Assembly: GCF_006345805.1 (NCBI RefSeq)
Contig: NC_043003.1
Coordinates: forward strand, 35,650,001 to 35,714,000
DNA length: 64,000 nt
Direction: 5' to 3'
DNA from: Octopus sinensis
Taxonomy: Eukaryota
The notes under the pieces are model-generated. The model had not been told where the DNA came from. It made no database searches and saw only the letters and a list, made by a program, of their open reading frames with translations. Of the stretch, positions 41,701 through 56,273 are shown piece by piece. Position numbers and translations under genes: made by a program. Numbering within the stretch: position 1 is the first letter of the stretch; every line of letters starts with the position of its first letter.

Positions 41701-44700
41701 AGTGCAGAATCTGGGAGACTGAGTGAACAGCTTTAAGATTACCTGAATGCATGAATGCGGGGATGCCAATCTGGATGACTCATGGGATAACATGTTATGA
41801 AAGGCAAAAGCAAAGGTAATATAGCTAGTAATTATAGACCAATCACTTGCTTACCATCAATGTGAAAGCTGTTAACAATTCTCTCAGAAAGCATTTAGAA
41901 GCATCTTGACAGAGACTTTTCTTCCAGAAGAAGGGTAAGGTTTCAGAAAGAATGCTAGAAGACCACATGCTTTATTATACATAGACAACGCAGTCCGAAA
42001 TGAAGTGAAATCTAGACAAAAGAAAGTTGACAATCGCATCGGTAGATTACTCTGGACAACAAAGACTTTGCTACTAGAGCAAAATCATGTGTTCTAGACC
42101 AAATCAAGGATGCTAATTCCGAATCTGTACTCAGAATAGTTCTAGTACGTCAGGATTTTGAGTTATGCGCATGTGCAACATTATAACTATACTTTCGGCT
42201 AGATATAGGCTGTATTATAAAGTTTGCTAAAATGAAAGCGGTCTTAATTCAAAATTAAAGAAATTACTGCAATAAAGCAACCGATGAGAAATTTCATCCT
42301 TTAGCTTGGCAATAGATGGCGCTGACGTATTGTGTGCAAGCGCCAAACATGTCACTTTGATCTGGGTAACTCTCAGTGTCGTCTGCGCTGCATCACGCTC
42401 TGCGTGATTACTGATTTAACTGTGTTCATTGTGTTCGATCATGAATAGGAGAGGTTGTGTAAATCACCCAGATAACTTTTGTTACGTCTGTGGAAAAGTT
42501 GCGCCAACTAATCATATCTCTGTTTGTTATTTTGCATGACTAATATTAGTGGTTTAAGAAAGAAGACCTAACCAAAAATTATGTGCAGATTGTAAGTTGG
42601 TTCTAAAGCCAGTCCCACATGACTTCGAGAACCTTGTCCCAGTTTCTTTCTCACTTGATTCACTTGAAGACCTTGACACGTCATACGATGAACCCCTGAT
42701 TTTCCTATCGACGAAGAGTACATAGCCGATTCTAAGAAAAATGATCCACGCTTGTTTAATCAAGAAGATTTGAACGATTTAGTTAGAGACCTGGTATTGT
42801 CAAAGGAGAAGGCAGACTACAGCAACGGAGTCTCCTACGGCAAGGTACGAAAATGTCAATTCTCCGTTCTTGTCATGAAGGCTTGTCTGTCTTTCTCAAG
42901 CAAGAAAATAATGCTTGTTTTTGTACAAATGTTAATGCACTCATGCAAAAACTAGGACACGAGCATGTAGCAGCTAACGAATGGAGATTGTTTATTCACT
43001 GGAGTAGGGTTAACCTAAAAGCTGTTTTATTACATAATGAAAATCCTTCCATTCATGTGGGTGATGTCGGTATGGAAGAAACTTATGATTCAATGGAAGT
43101 CATTCTGTAAGGAGTTAATTACTCAGTTTATAAGTGGAATATTTGTGGTGATTTAAAGGTGGTTTCCCTCTTCCTAGGACTACAGCTGCGATATACCAAA
43201 AACATGTGCTTCTTGTGTGTTTGGAACATCCGCGATGACAGCAATCATTATACTGTAAAAAAACTGGCCCAAAAGAGATGAGCGCATGGTTGCTCGGTAC
43301 AACGTGCAGCATATGCCACTGGTAGACCCGCAAAAGATCTTCCTTCACCCCTTCACATCAAACTCGGCCCCATGAAAAACTTCGTGAAAGCAATACATAC
43401 GATGGTTGTGGCTTCCAGTACCAAAAAGTAAAATTTGGTGCTGAGAAAAATGACATAAAACTGAAAGCAAATTCAGAGGTAAACTGAATCCAGTTGAGTT
43501 GACGGCATGGAATTCATTCGTGTTAGTTGTACAGAACTTTCTTGGAAATCATAGAGTTGAAAACTATGCTGATTTAAAAAAAACAACATGCTAACAGCGT
43601 TCGAAAGAATGGGATTCCGAATGTCCCTTAAAATGCACTTTTTGCATTCTCATCTCGATTTTTTTCCCACGAATGTTGGTGCCGTTAGTGATGAGCATGA
43701 TGAGACGTTCCACCAGAGCATATCTGACATGGAAACGAGGTACAAAGGCCGGTTCAATCCATACATGATGGGTGACTATTGCTGGTTGCTACAACGGGAG
43801 ACCAGGACAACGCATAAGCGCAAGGTAAAGTGTCTCAAACATTTCTGAGCTGAGCATATCAAAAATAAAGTGAGTATTCCTTAAGATAGATATACTACGT
43901 ACCATTATAATATAATACTATTTGCCTGGATCATAAATAAACTATATACAATACAAATATAATAATTATAATTATTCTTTACCTTGTACCTAAGTATTCC
44001 TGATACTAATTTCGTATTAATATATAATTATGCGCGTAACTCGAAATCCTGACGTGTTACAGCAATTCTGATTTTAGATTCGGAATCAGCATACTCGATT
44101 TAGTTTAATACAGCACCATTCTCTGGGTAGCAGAATATTTTTCTTATCCTATTTTTTTTTTTGCCCAGTGCTGAGATAACCTAAGATATGATTCCACACT
44201 CACGGGAAAATGAACGCTAAAGTATATTCAGTAGTACAGACAATATAAGAGATTTAATTAGATATGCCGTGAAGAAATGCAAAGTGGAACTTAACTCTGG
44301 TGTCAGTTAATATCAAGAAATTTTTCAGGGGAGATTCGTCATCCCCTGATATTTGTGTTGTGTTTAATCTTTCTCAGTTTAGTATTAAGAAAGGCAAAAG
44401 CTGGTTATTAGTAAATGAAAAATTAACCATTCGCTCAATATGGATTATTAGGAGTTTTTTAATACAAAGTGACAGTCACTTCAGCAAACATACAGATAAT
44501 GGACTTGATATAGATAAGTGCGCAATATTAGTTGTAAAAAAGGAATAGGTAGTCAGCAGTGGAGGCATTCAGACACCGGATGTCCAGACATTAAAATCAT
44601 TGACAGGAGAAAGTTATAAATATCTAGGGGTGTTAGAATCTGACAGACAACTAAGGAAATGAAAGAGAAAGTGGAGCAGGAGTAATTTAGAAGGGTGAGG

Positions 44701-45810
44701 AATTTAATGAAGTCAAAGCTAAATCGTACGAAAATAGTGAAGGCGATAAATACTTGGGCAGTATAGTTACTTAGATGTTCAGCAGCTTTTGTAGATTGGA
44801 AAAATCTGCAATAGAACTAGGAAGGAGTTCAATATGAACGGGGACATCATTCTAGGGGAGGAGTAGCAAAATTGTATTTGCCTAGAAAGGAAGGTATAAG
44901 AGGTATAATATCAACAGAAGACTGTATGCAGTTAGCTAGAGTAGATATAGCTTCCTATGTAGGCAATAATGAAGACATTTTATTGAGAGCTGCTTGTGAA
45001 ACAGTAGGAGATAGGGAAATCAAAAAGCCAAATACAAATGTAGTTAAAATCTAGAAAAAAATAAAAGAAGCTAGTTTATCTGACTGGCAAGAGAAGAATT
45101 TGCATGGTAGATGTCCAAAGATAGTTGCAGAAAACAGTAATAGTGAGACATGGTTACATTCGCAGAAAGGAAGGCTGAAAGGAGAGACGGAAAGTTTTTA
45201 GTATCAGAACAAGATATCAAGCATCGAGGAATGACTGATTGAAGCGAAGATAGATAAAAACAAGGGAGATTCCCTGTTTAGGTTATGTAAATGAAAGGAA
45301 GAACGTGTTAATCATATAGTTAGTGACAATAATATTCAGGCACAGAAACAATACAAGAAAAGACATTGAAATCTATGGAGAGTAACCCACTGGGAGCTAC
45401 GTAGAAGACTAGGATTTAACCATCATGACAATGATATGAAGATGATGCTAGTAAAGTGCTAGAAAGTAAGAAGTATAAGATGTGGGATTTTAACATTCAG
45501 ACGGACAGATTTAGTGGTGGTAGAAAAGAGAATAGACAGTGTCAAGTAATTGACTTTACAGTCCCTAAAAAATGAGGATGTCAATATGTGAGGTATAGAG
45601 AAAATAACAAATACTAGGACCCAGCCATTGCGTTTCACAGTCTAAGGAAAATACTTGTAGTTATAGGAGCATTAGGAAATATTTCTAAAAAATTGAACAA
45701 CTGGATAGAGAAAGTAAGCATAATACTTAGTTTAATGCAGCTCCAAATAGCAGTATCGTTAGGGACAGCTAGGATACATAGGTAGGTTCTAATAATGGAA
45801 TTCGATGGCT
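41701..45810 (+). mobile_element. Decayed R4/Dong-like LINE (RT to RLE), split by a nested DNA transposon at 42050-44170
   Basis: Left: KGNIASNYRPITCLP...LTIASVDY. Right: ..YDMIPHS..., FQGDSSSP, DKCAILVVKK, YKYLGVLE, LYLPRKEGIRG, LHGR, CRLC and terminal AVSLGTARI-like motifs. Many stops. Confidence 0.8.
42050..44170 (+). mobile_element. Chapaev3-like (CMC) DNA transposon with a disrupted transposase
   Basis: MNRRGCVNHPDNFCYVCGK; FNQEDLNDLVRDL; EWRLFIH..NLKAVLLHN; ICGDLKVV..LG.Q..YTKNMCFLC; MSLKMHFLHSHLDFFP..GAVSDEH..FHQ..MGDYCW. Imperfect TIRs: gatgctaattccgaatct...cgtcaggattttgagttatgcgc (42110-42170) versus its complement at 44032-44095; right end cccagtg. The superfamily name comes from motif recall. 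Confidence 0.75.
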
Positions 45811-47339
45811 ACAGAGCCTTCATATTTCGCGAAAGCAGCGTAAGGAAAAAAGTGAAATTTTTAAAGAAAGATTAATACAATTTATCTCTATCGGAATGAC
45901 CTAAATTGATGAGTATATTACCAAAATAAGTCTCCTCTTTATATAATATATTAGAGTTACCATAGACTAAAACTAGTGAAACTTACCTCTCTATGTCTAT
46001 AAAACTCGACGAATTTAAATTTTGTTCTTAAAACAGAGGTGTTGACGTTAAGTGATTATGTTTGAGTCAGAAACATTTTCCAAAATATCTCATAATATAC
46101 AACTTCCAAACTGGTTAAATATATTCGAGCAATCTTTTTCTTTCAATTTACTGGATAAATTTTTTTTTTGTGCTGGTATCTATTCCCTCTCAGTAGTGCA
46201 AGCAATGCATCCAAAATATGATCGCTGATTTCTATACTTCAACACTGAACCGCTCTCAACTATGTTCTTACCTACTTTATTGCCAGATAAATAACCGACA
46301 TTAATGAATAAGTAGATACATAAAGTCAACGAATCTTGGGTGAAAATTTGTGATTTTCTATCTTGTTATATATCCCTCTAACTCACACTATCTAAGGGAC
46401 TAAATATTTCCTGCATCATTCAATGGGCAGCTGAAATAGAAGCAAGACAGAGGTATAAAACCAGTGCTGTAGTTTTTATATGAATTTATGTCCTATGGTT
46501 GCCACATTTATATTAGCAAAGGCCCTTTACAGTGTGTTAATTTGTAGTTCTAAATTCTTTCTAGCGAGGCACTGAATATCCACGTTAATCGTGAAGAAAG
46601 TCAGCTAACTTAAAACAGATATACTGTAAGTCATTTCAAGCTACAGAGTTATAAAACCAATTTTGGTTAACTCTACACTATGTGTAAATATGTTTTAAGC
46701 ATATAATTATATCATAAACACAAATATTATTTCATAAATTGAACTCGTTCCTGCAGAGTTTAAATGGCTGAAAATAGCTTCGAAGTGCCGAAATCAAATA
46801 TGTTAAAACTGCATTGCAATACCCAGTTACACAGAATGCCTAACGTTCGTAGTACCTTGACACTGAGACAATATGAAGTGTTTTCACTCCAAAAGTTGAC
46901 ACAGTATAGATTCGTATACAAGAAATCTTTTGCACGATTCCTGCATCTAGACTAAATTTAGTAAAAACAACTGCGCTGTCATTGCTTTTATGAAGGAAAT
47001 TTTTTGTTTTTTTTTCTTTGTTCCGTCGTTTTGTCATCTTCGTTCTACAGCGCGTCTTTATTTATCCTACCAAAATGAAAACACTCTGCCTTTTTAAATG
47101 GACATTCTTCCTCATGTGTATACCTCCACATGCAAAATATGTATTTATTTCCTGAATTGTGTTGTGTGTTTTTAGAAAGCACTTTATCTCTATTCTGACT
47201 ATTTCGCACTGGTTTTACTTGGAAACAATCTTTACATTCAATTTTCTCTGTTTTGTGTCTTAATTTAAGTGTCCTTTCATTTCTTCAGTCACATTTAGTA
47301 GGGTTACATCCTTATTTTGCTCTAGCTGTGCAAAAATTC

Positions 47340-48142
47340 TAGTTCTGACTTTTCGGCAGTTCTCCTTTGTGGCAGTTTGTCCATATCTGGAGTTCTCCTT
47401 TGTGGCGTTTGAACATATCTGGAGTTAAATTATCACGCTTAAACTTCTCGCATTCCATGTTTAATCTACCAGCATATGTAATAAAGACTTCGTCGTTGTT
47501 TTTCTTAACGTACAGACACTTCCAACGCGTGTTGAACAATGATCTTTTTCCACTGAAAATTTTACACAATATATCTATTGAGTCATTTATGTCTGAGGAT
47601 TTTTCTTGGGAGTACATAACTACTGTATCGTTCATGGTCGGTTGCCGCCAGTTTTCTCAAGATTAAGCTCTATTCCATATCGTCATCCCAATTTTTGAAT
47701 TCTCTCTCGAAGATTTGCACATATCTTCTGTAGTATGCTTCGAATGTAACTCCTTCGTCAGGTTCGTATTTGAATTCTGTTATGGGATTCGCAACATAGT
47801 CTGTCGAGAACACTTTTTCTGACTTTCCTGCCGACTTCAGTAATTGAGGCATTTGTTGCTATAGTATTATTTGTTGTTGTTGCTTCTGTTGTTCCTCTTG
47901 CAGTTGTATCTGCTGCTGTTGTTGTTCTTCCAGTTGTTGTTGCTGCTGTCTTTGCAGCCTGGCAACACATTTTCCATACTTTTACGATATTTCGTAAAAT
48001 TCGTACACCAACTTTGTGAATTTATAAATTCCTCTTCCAGTTTCTGTTAACTCCACGTGAATTGGCTTATTCCCGTTGAGTTTATTAATTCCTCGTGAGT
48101 TGTTTAAATCTTTGTCGCCACTGTTGCAATCCTCGTTGCCAC
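47340..48142 (-). mobile_element. Gypsy/Ty3-like LTR retrotransposon 5' internal region (PBS plus decayed gag)
   Basis: Q-rich N-terminus, then FSTDYVANPITEFKYEPDEGVTFEAYYRRY...DSIDILCKIFSGKRSLFNTRWKCL...TYAGRLNMECEKFK...LTPDMFK; PBS-like tggcaacgagga and tggcgacaaaga. Confidence 0.75.
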
Positions 48143-48329
48143 TGTTGTAACTTGCATCGTTACTGCTATATCCTTTACATGTCGGTATATTAATACGCCC
48201 ACTTCGGCTATCGCAGTATGACTATTAGGTCCGTACTCTCCGATACTGGTCGACGTCACCTTACTTATAGTGACCTTTCATTCCACTCGTCGCGTGGAAG
48301 GCGTGTACCATTATTACTAATGCCTTACA
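48143..48329 (-). mobile_element. Putative 5' LTR (about 187 bp)
   Basis: Minus strand begins tgtaag and ends ttacaaca, immediately before the PBS; internal tataagta. No second LTR seen in the window. Confidence 0.55.
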
Positions 48330-48796
48330 ATAGTATAAATAGTGGACTTAAATATTTTTTACTTCAGTCTACTATTAAAATTAGAAATTGTATAGTACTT
48401 TATAATAAACACCACTGGATTAGCTCCTCTTATGGATTCCAATCACTAGAAAAGTATATTTTGACATAATATAGAAGGATACTTGAATGCATTTCATGAT
48501 CAATTAAATATCAGACGTAAAAGCATAATATTGTTAGCTGATTTGGATAAGACAACTTAAATTATGTTGCTTAGAAATGTTGCAACTAAAATTATGTTCC
48601 TTTATAGTCAGTGTCATAATCTTGTCCAGATAAGCAGCTCGTAATAGATCATATACATACATACATATATACATACATACATAAATAGAAATAGGTAGAT
48701 ACATATATAAGTATGCGTGTTTGAGTATGTGTGTACATAAGTACGCATATATATATATATATGTGCACACAACACATACATATATATACATATATA

Positions 48797-48831
<35 letters not shown>

Positions 48832-48853
48832 ACAAAATAATAAATAAAACATA

Positions 48854-48895
<42 letters not shown>

Positions 48896-49110
48896 TACCT
48901 ACATCTATATGTATACATACATACATATATGGGTACAGGCCACCCAAAAAAGACGTTGAACACAATGAAAAACGAAAACATAAAAACAAAACCAAGGTCA
49001 TGGACATTTTTCTTAAACAACGAAAAAATAGAGTACAAGACATACAACACAAGGAAAATTACCCTTCTTCAGCCGCCTCTATTTCATCTACTCCCCGTTC
49101 ATATATATTT

Positions 49111-49213
<103 letters not shown>

Positions 49214-49848
49214 GAGGAGAGATGCCATTTCAGGAGATCATAAGAAATAATCCAGCTGTAATTCAGAAAAGATAACAGTGAAATACCAGAACTCAAGTAT
49301 ATTTATAAGATTAATACATTTCAGCATTTACATGACGCTAAGTTTAGTTCTCACTTCCGGTTTCTGGGAGGTTATGGACATGAAACACAAGTCTCTGATT
49401 TGATGTGATTCCGATCAATCGCAGGTTAAAATTTCCCTTGTACAAACTTTCCTATTTACTCTTTGACTAATCCTATCCAGGAAAATCGAATAATTTAAAG
49501 TAGCGCCGCGAGTTAAAATAGAAAGCATAAATACTTGACTGACTGAGACCGAATTCTCACCTTTACATCGTTACACACAACATATAGTTATTGTGTCTCT
49601 TAATATATTATTTTATCATTATAAAATCAATGATTTACAATAATAAAATTCTAAATAAATTCGTTATGACGTAATAAAAGAAGGTTGAATATTAATCAAT
49701 ATGAAAATATCTATGGATTTGTATTGTGATAACATCCGGTTGGAAACGTGTGTTCTAGGCTCTGTTCAACACGTGAATTGTCTTTTATCATAGCATATAT
49801 ATGCATACATACAAACATGCACGTACACACACACACACACACTTATAA

Positions 49849-49990
<142 letters not shown>

Positions 49991-52339
49991 ATATAGATAA
50001 TTATATGGATATAGATATGTAGCTTTAGGAGACAATATTTATAAAGTCAAGTTATAATGATTAACAGAAATCATAACTATTATTAGTTAGCAGAAAATTA
50101 GAAGAACAAAGTGGATTTATTTCAAATGGTAGTTCGTGGCAAAATAAGTTAGCTTAATTTACTTATATATATAAAAAAAATCTACTTTGAATTAGTGGAT
50201 TGTTTCCATTTAGATATTTGGTTTAGCAAGATAGGAAAAGGAAAAAGAGAAATATAAGAACCAGTACAGAAAGAAAAAGAAATATACCTGTCTACTAACT
50301 TGCGTTTGTAAAACAAGATTTAACTGATATTGTCAGATACTATTAAGGTTACATGATATTAAATAGATGAAAACAACTTTACGAGTTATTACATAAGATT
50401 TTGACGGGATTTACCTCGTTAACAATACAAATAAATATATAAATAATTTGTAAAATGCAATAATTCAAGATGGAGATATGTGTGGAAAATGTATAGATTC
50501 AAATTCACTGCTAATGTGGAAGCTAAATGAGTATAGAAAAAGCAAGAATTTTATTCTTAATGCACAAGCTAAAGGGAATTAGGTGATAGTGTGTAATGCT
50601 GTCAATGGCAAGTTAAATGGATTAAGAGGAAATGTATTGAAATAATGTATTTACACAGAAAATAAAAGAAAATTGTGGGGAACTAAATGGTTTAGATGTT
50701 TGGATTATAAATGTTCAGTGCAAGAGGATTATATGCTTGGAGAATTAACTTGTTAAAGGTTAATAGTATTCGTAACTCGTAATAGTACTTAATTATTTAA
50801 AGAAATTAATACAGATACAGATTTCACCGTAGTGTTTATAGAGTATGACTAGATTAAGGTGGTTGTTTGTAAATGTAAATGCTTAATAATCCTGATTAAA
50901 TGAACGGTTGCCTTTAAATACATAATAGGGGTACATCTTATTAGGAAACAGGAGTATAATTAATGGAATAGGAGAGATAAGAGGGAAAATTATAGAAATA
51001 CCTGGAGTAGAGTAAACTGAAAATATAGGCGAGATCATTAGAAGAGAATATAAAGTATACAGGGTTGTAAGTAAACAGATATACATAAATGTTATTGCTC
51101 CTAATTTGATCACACAAGGTGTGCATATGTTGGTAATACCTAAATATTTAAATATGTTCAAATTTCGGCCAATGTACGTCCGCGAAATGTTCTTATTTTT
51201 ATTTTTGCTTTGTATGTAATATCGTTAACATTACATTTGGATAGCAAAGAGCAATTTTTTTCTCTTTTTTTTTTGTGGCCTATAAAAAAATTCCATAAAA
51301 GTTATAGCAAGGCATAGCTGACTTATAGTGACATGCAGTCGTAATAAGTGCGAAATTAAATGTAGTGAAATATATTTTAATGCCATTTTTGTTGAACATC
51401 GCTCAAAGTTATCTCACAGTAAGGTAAATGGTGAACTGAACACTGGCATATGACATGGCATATTTTATTTTCTGCGAGTGCTTTTAATTCTGAGTATACT
51501 TATAACTTTCTGCGATTTCTAATTTGAAGATTTTTGGTTTCCATAAACGCTAAATATTCTTAGTAAATACGTTAAAATTTATTATCTAATTTCAGACTAT
51601 TGGAATGTTTATGAATGTAATGTGAGATCTTATTTGGTTACGATCTTTTTGATGCAACGATTTGGCATGTTACAAACGTGGTCAAGTTAGAAAATGTCAA
51701 TTTGTGGAAGACAAGTATATACAGGTAATAGAAACGGAATTTCGTCGAAAATTCTAATATTGTTTTCCTTGTACGACGCACTTTCATAGCTGCAACTAGC
51801 TTTTAGGGTATTTGAATAAATATCTCAAGTTGTCCAGGCAAATGTTGTCGGTGGTGGATGAGTATGCGTGTCTCGGAAGGGGATATGACTGAGAAATATC
51901 GAAACCCGTCACTCACTTTCACTCCCGAGGCGATGTCGTTTCGTCTAGCTTTGAGTAATACTGTGTTGTGTTTTTAAGCACAATATGCCTTTAAAATGGG
52001 TATAGCCTCAACGAAGGACTACGGCGTCACAGAACCTAACATATATATGCAATAAGTTACATTATTTAAGCTGCTTCAAATATAAATTCTCACATGCATA
52101 CATTATTGTCCGAGCATATCACAATAACATAGAAAAAGACCAAGTTGAGAAAAGACCGCTTTCAAACAAATTCTAATAATATGAATGTTCCCTCAGAAAT
52201 TCAGAAACAGATAAAGGATACAATCCCAAATGACACGCCATTTATATAATAATATCAAACAAAAAATTTCTTGAAGAGTACCCTACGAACGAGGCAGACT
52301 AGATCAGAGTCTTACCACAAATATAGGGACAACCACTTT

Positions 52340-52392
52340 CTCCCTCTCTCTCTCTCTCCCTCTCTCTCTCCCTCTCTCTCTCTCACTCTCTT

Positions 52393-52438
<46 letters not shown>
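52340..52438. repeat. (CT)n microsatellite
   Basis: Directly visible. Confidence 0.95.
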
Positions 52439-52441
<3 letters not shown>

Positions 52442-52888
52442 GTGTTTTTTTTTCCAGCCAATATCAAAGTAGGATGTAAAACGTGGACAAACAGGGGACG
52501 ACTTGAAATCAAGGCTGCATAATTCGTCCTCTCAGATTATAAGATATTAGTGTGGTAGCAACCAGCAAAATTAAGATTTCTTACATGCGCAGCTGGTGCC
52601 TATCATTCAAGGCTTCGTAAAATACACATTTCTTCACCGGCCTGATTCGGCGAACAGGCAGAGTTATTTCAGAAATTCCTAGATTCCAAGGTAGAAATGA
52701 TCTTTCTGAAACTGGAAGGAAAGTCTATGGCTTAAAACGTGAGTAGCAGCACAAAGACGATACCTTCAGACTAGCGGCCGGGCGGCCGGGTTTCTTTGAA
52801 GGAAAAACAAAAATCGCCCCCAATGCTTAAAACAAATGGGAAACTAGAATGGAATCCCAGAGTGACAATGAGATTGCGCAGCTATTAC

Positions 52889-53000
52889 CGTTAGAAGAGG
52901 AAGCTGCAAAAGCTTCGCAATCCTGTTTGAAGTTTCCAAATATCTGGCAGGTATCGATTGAATTGCTCGAATGGGAAGCTGGGGGCGCGGAATATTAGCT
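52889..53000 (-). CDS. Candidate internal exon of an unidentified gene
   Basis: tttcatcag| ... acg|gtaata; 112 nt, phase 2 to 0; (R)ANIPRPQLPIRAIQSIPARYLETSNRIAKLLQLPLLT. No homology recognised. Confidence 0.2.
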
Positions 53001-53519
53001 CTGATGAAACTAGAGGATGACTTGCATTGTTTGAAAGAGGCTTTTAGCATGATAAAAAGTAATGGTGATAAAGTGGTATACAGTAATATGTTAAATGTTT
53101 CTTCTTAACATATAACTCGAGAAGAGAAAGCAAAAACTAAGTAAATAACTGTAAATATCAGAACAAAAGCAAAATAAATGTGAACGAAATCAGAACCTGA
53201 TACATAATTGCATCTATAGATGCAACAACAAAGTCAGCACCGTCACCCTCACCAACATCAGCAACAATGCCCGCATTACCAGTGACAACAACGGCAACGG
53301 GAAGCACATTATAGTCCTCACTGCATACTATTGTCTGGACAACAGCAACGAAAGCTACAATAATAATAATGGTTACATTATTATAAGCAAGGCGAAAATT
53401 AAACGCTACGTCGGCATAGTCAACGACCTTAACAACGCCCTCTTTGTCGCCAATGTCTCAAACGTCAATGTCATCTTCCTTACCTTTATTGTCATTTTCG
53501 CAGTCGTCTTCCACCTCCC

Positions 53520-53771
53520 TCCTCATCCTTCTCATCATCATCATCATCATCCTCATCATTATCGTCATCATCATCGTCATTAGAATAATCATCACCATCA
53601 TCATCATTAACAGCAGCAGCTGAGGCGGTAGCATCTTCAATATCCACACCAACCATAGGCAAAATAGGTACCTCAACACAATTGACAAAAAAAATCATCA
53701 ATATCATCCTCATCATTGTCGTCGTGGTTGTCCTTCTGATGAAGATGATGATGGGCCTCACCACCACCATC

Positions 53772-53803
<32 letters not shown>

Positions 53804-53810
53804 CATCATT

Positions 53811-53889
<79 letters not shown>

Positions 53890-54070
53890 CCACCACCACC
53901 ATCATCATCCATCATCATCATCATCATCAATATCATCCTCCTCCTCCTCCTCATCATCATCATCATTACCATCGTCGAATTCAACATCACCTATAAATAC
54001 CACAACGACAAAAACAACAGCAACAACTGCAACTGCAACAACAACAACAACAACAACAACAACTATTACT
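53520..54070. repeat. Compound (ATC)n/(CCA)n/(AAC)n microsatellite field
   Basis: Directly visible. Confidence 0.9.
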
Positions 54071-54785
54071 ACAGAATGCATCTATCAACGAACATATTGA
54101 CAGTGGCACACAACAGCGACATACGCCAGGAATAACGATCGCACCACGCCACAACACACAACGCCACACCGCCAACTTACTGAAGAAACAATGATACTAA
54201 CGAAGACACAGACGGCAACAACGACATCAAAAAAAAAATAAATAAATAAAATAAATAAAATAAAAAGCAACAGTCAATAACTCAAACGATGTACATAAAG
54301 CAATATACCATCAGAAACAACAGCAGCTAAACCGAATAGCTGTAATAAGAAAGATATGGCAGCAGTAACCAGTGGAAACAAGCCCACCCCCCTACACACA
54401 CACACACACACACACACATACAAACACACACACACATTTGAACACACACATAGACATACGTGCACGGGTACACATACATATATATTCAAGCAAACAAAAC
54501 TACAAAAGTGAAACAAGCCATAAAGCATGCATGCCAGTTTTAATCCAGTTCTTTCCTCGAGTCGGGATTGGTTTATCGTCTTATATTCATGTAATATGCA
54601 TCTTATATTCTCTAATAACACCGAAGCCTACGTCATCTTTCATCGCAATTTGACTTGTTTTACAGAAATGCATGACATCAGGGTCATTAAGAGAAAGCTG
54701 CGCATGTATTATTGCAGGTGAATATAAGCATGTGCCGACAGGCACAGATATAAATGCATAAACAAGCACACACGCGCACATGTAC

Positions 54786-54839
<54 letters not shown>

Positions 54840-54934
54840 GCATGTATATATATATATGCATAAATATATGTATATATACATATAAATATATCTATACATA
54901 CATACATATATATATACATACATACATATATATT

Positions 54935-54983
<49 letters not shown>

Positions 54984-55123
54984 TGTGTGTTTATATATCT
55001 TATATATAATTCATTCATATAAGTGTATATGTACATGTGCGTGTGTGCATGTATGTATGTGAATGTGTGTGTGTATGCATGCGCGTATGAGTATGTGTAT
55101 GTATGTATATGTGTGAGTTTGTG

Positions 55124-55179
<56 letters not shown>

Positions 55180-55585
55180 TATATCTGTCTTTTTGAGTGT
55201 TTCTGTGTGACCTTCAGTGCGTATGCATTTTACGCATACACGAGATCATGTGCTGCCGCTTACACCGCATGCTTGTGTTTATGTCTCTAGGGGTTTGACT
55301 CTGTTTTTTACATATATATATTTCACATGTTTCCCCAAGTTTGCCCTTGAATTTATTCATAAACGATTACGAATGAAAAGATAGCAGTACTTTATTTAAG
55401 TAAAATTTTAGCTACACTTTCTAGGAAACAGACTGACCTCATAAACGTTTCCCTTATGCTAAGGTCATAAAACTGGTAGCTATTTCGATGAAATAATATA
55501 TTCTTAGCCATTCAAAATAATTTGTAGAGACAGAGATATTTAGTAGTTATTTAATAATAACTTTATAGCATCTAGATGCACGTAC

Positions 55586-55674
55586 CTGCTGATCTCATCA
55601 ACGTTATACGTCCAGTCTTGCTCCAGCAAGTGTACAATCTTCTTTCTGCATACATTTTCTTTGTCATCCAATTT
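55586..55674 (-). CDS. Candidate internal exon of an unidentified gene
   Basis: tgtatgttgacag| ... cag|gtacgt (strong donor); 89 nt; KLDDKENVCRKKIVHLLEQDWTYNVDEIS(R), open and non-repetitive. Confidence 0.35.
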
Positions 55675-56039
55675 CTGTCAACATACAACAGGTTTTGTTC
55701 GCGAAAATGTATCTACATCTCATCAAACATATATATGGAAGGCATATATTCAACATAGAATGATTGCAAATCTGAGTTCGCAAGCAACGATGGCCACAAA
55801 ATATGTTAGTTAATGTTAGCTTGAAGAAGGTTCAAACGTAGTTTATTAATCTGTTGCCTCTCTGCATTATGTGTGTGTGTGTGTGTGTGTGGTGTGTGTG
55901 TGTGTTCACATATGTACATATAAATATGTGTACTATATACATATATATATAAATATATGATATACATACATCTGCAGATATCTACATATCTACTTTTATA
56001 TAAAAATATGTTTGTGCGTATATATATATTCGTATCTTT

Positions 56040-56104
<65 letters not shown>

Positions 56105-56211
56105 AGATATATATATATGTATGTAAATATACGTTTGCACGTATACATATAAGTATATTTACATATATATACATATATATATATATATAATATATATATA
56201 TATTATATATA

Positions 56212-56273
<62 letters not shown>

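Noticed and set aside
50280-51160. Purine-rich stretch suggestive of a very old LINE or Penelope remnant (similar texture at 16500-17050)
   Set aside because: No motif could be read confidently in any frame.
53001-53050. ctgatga...gaaa resembling a hammerhead ribozyme core
   Set aside because: Helices I-III could not be formed.
54666-54717. Plus-strand exon candidate (ttttacag|...cag|gtgaat)
   Set aside because: Two open frames and no homology; it conflicts with the minus-strand chain and cannot be supported without RNA data.
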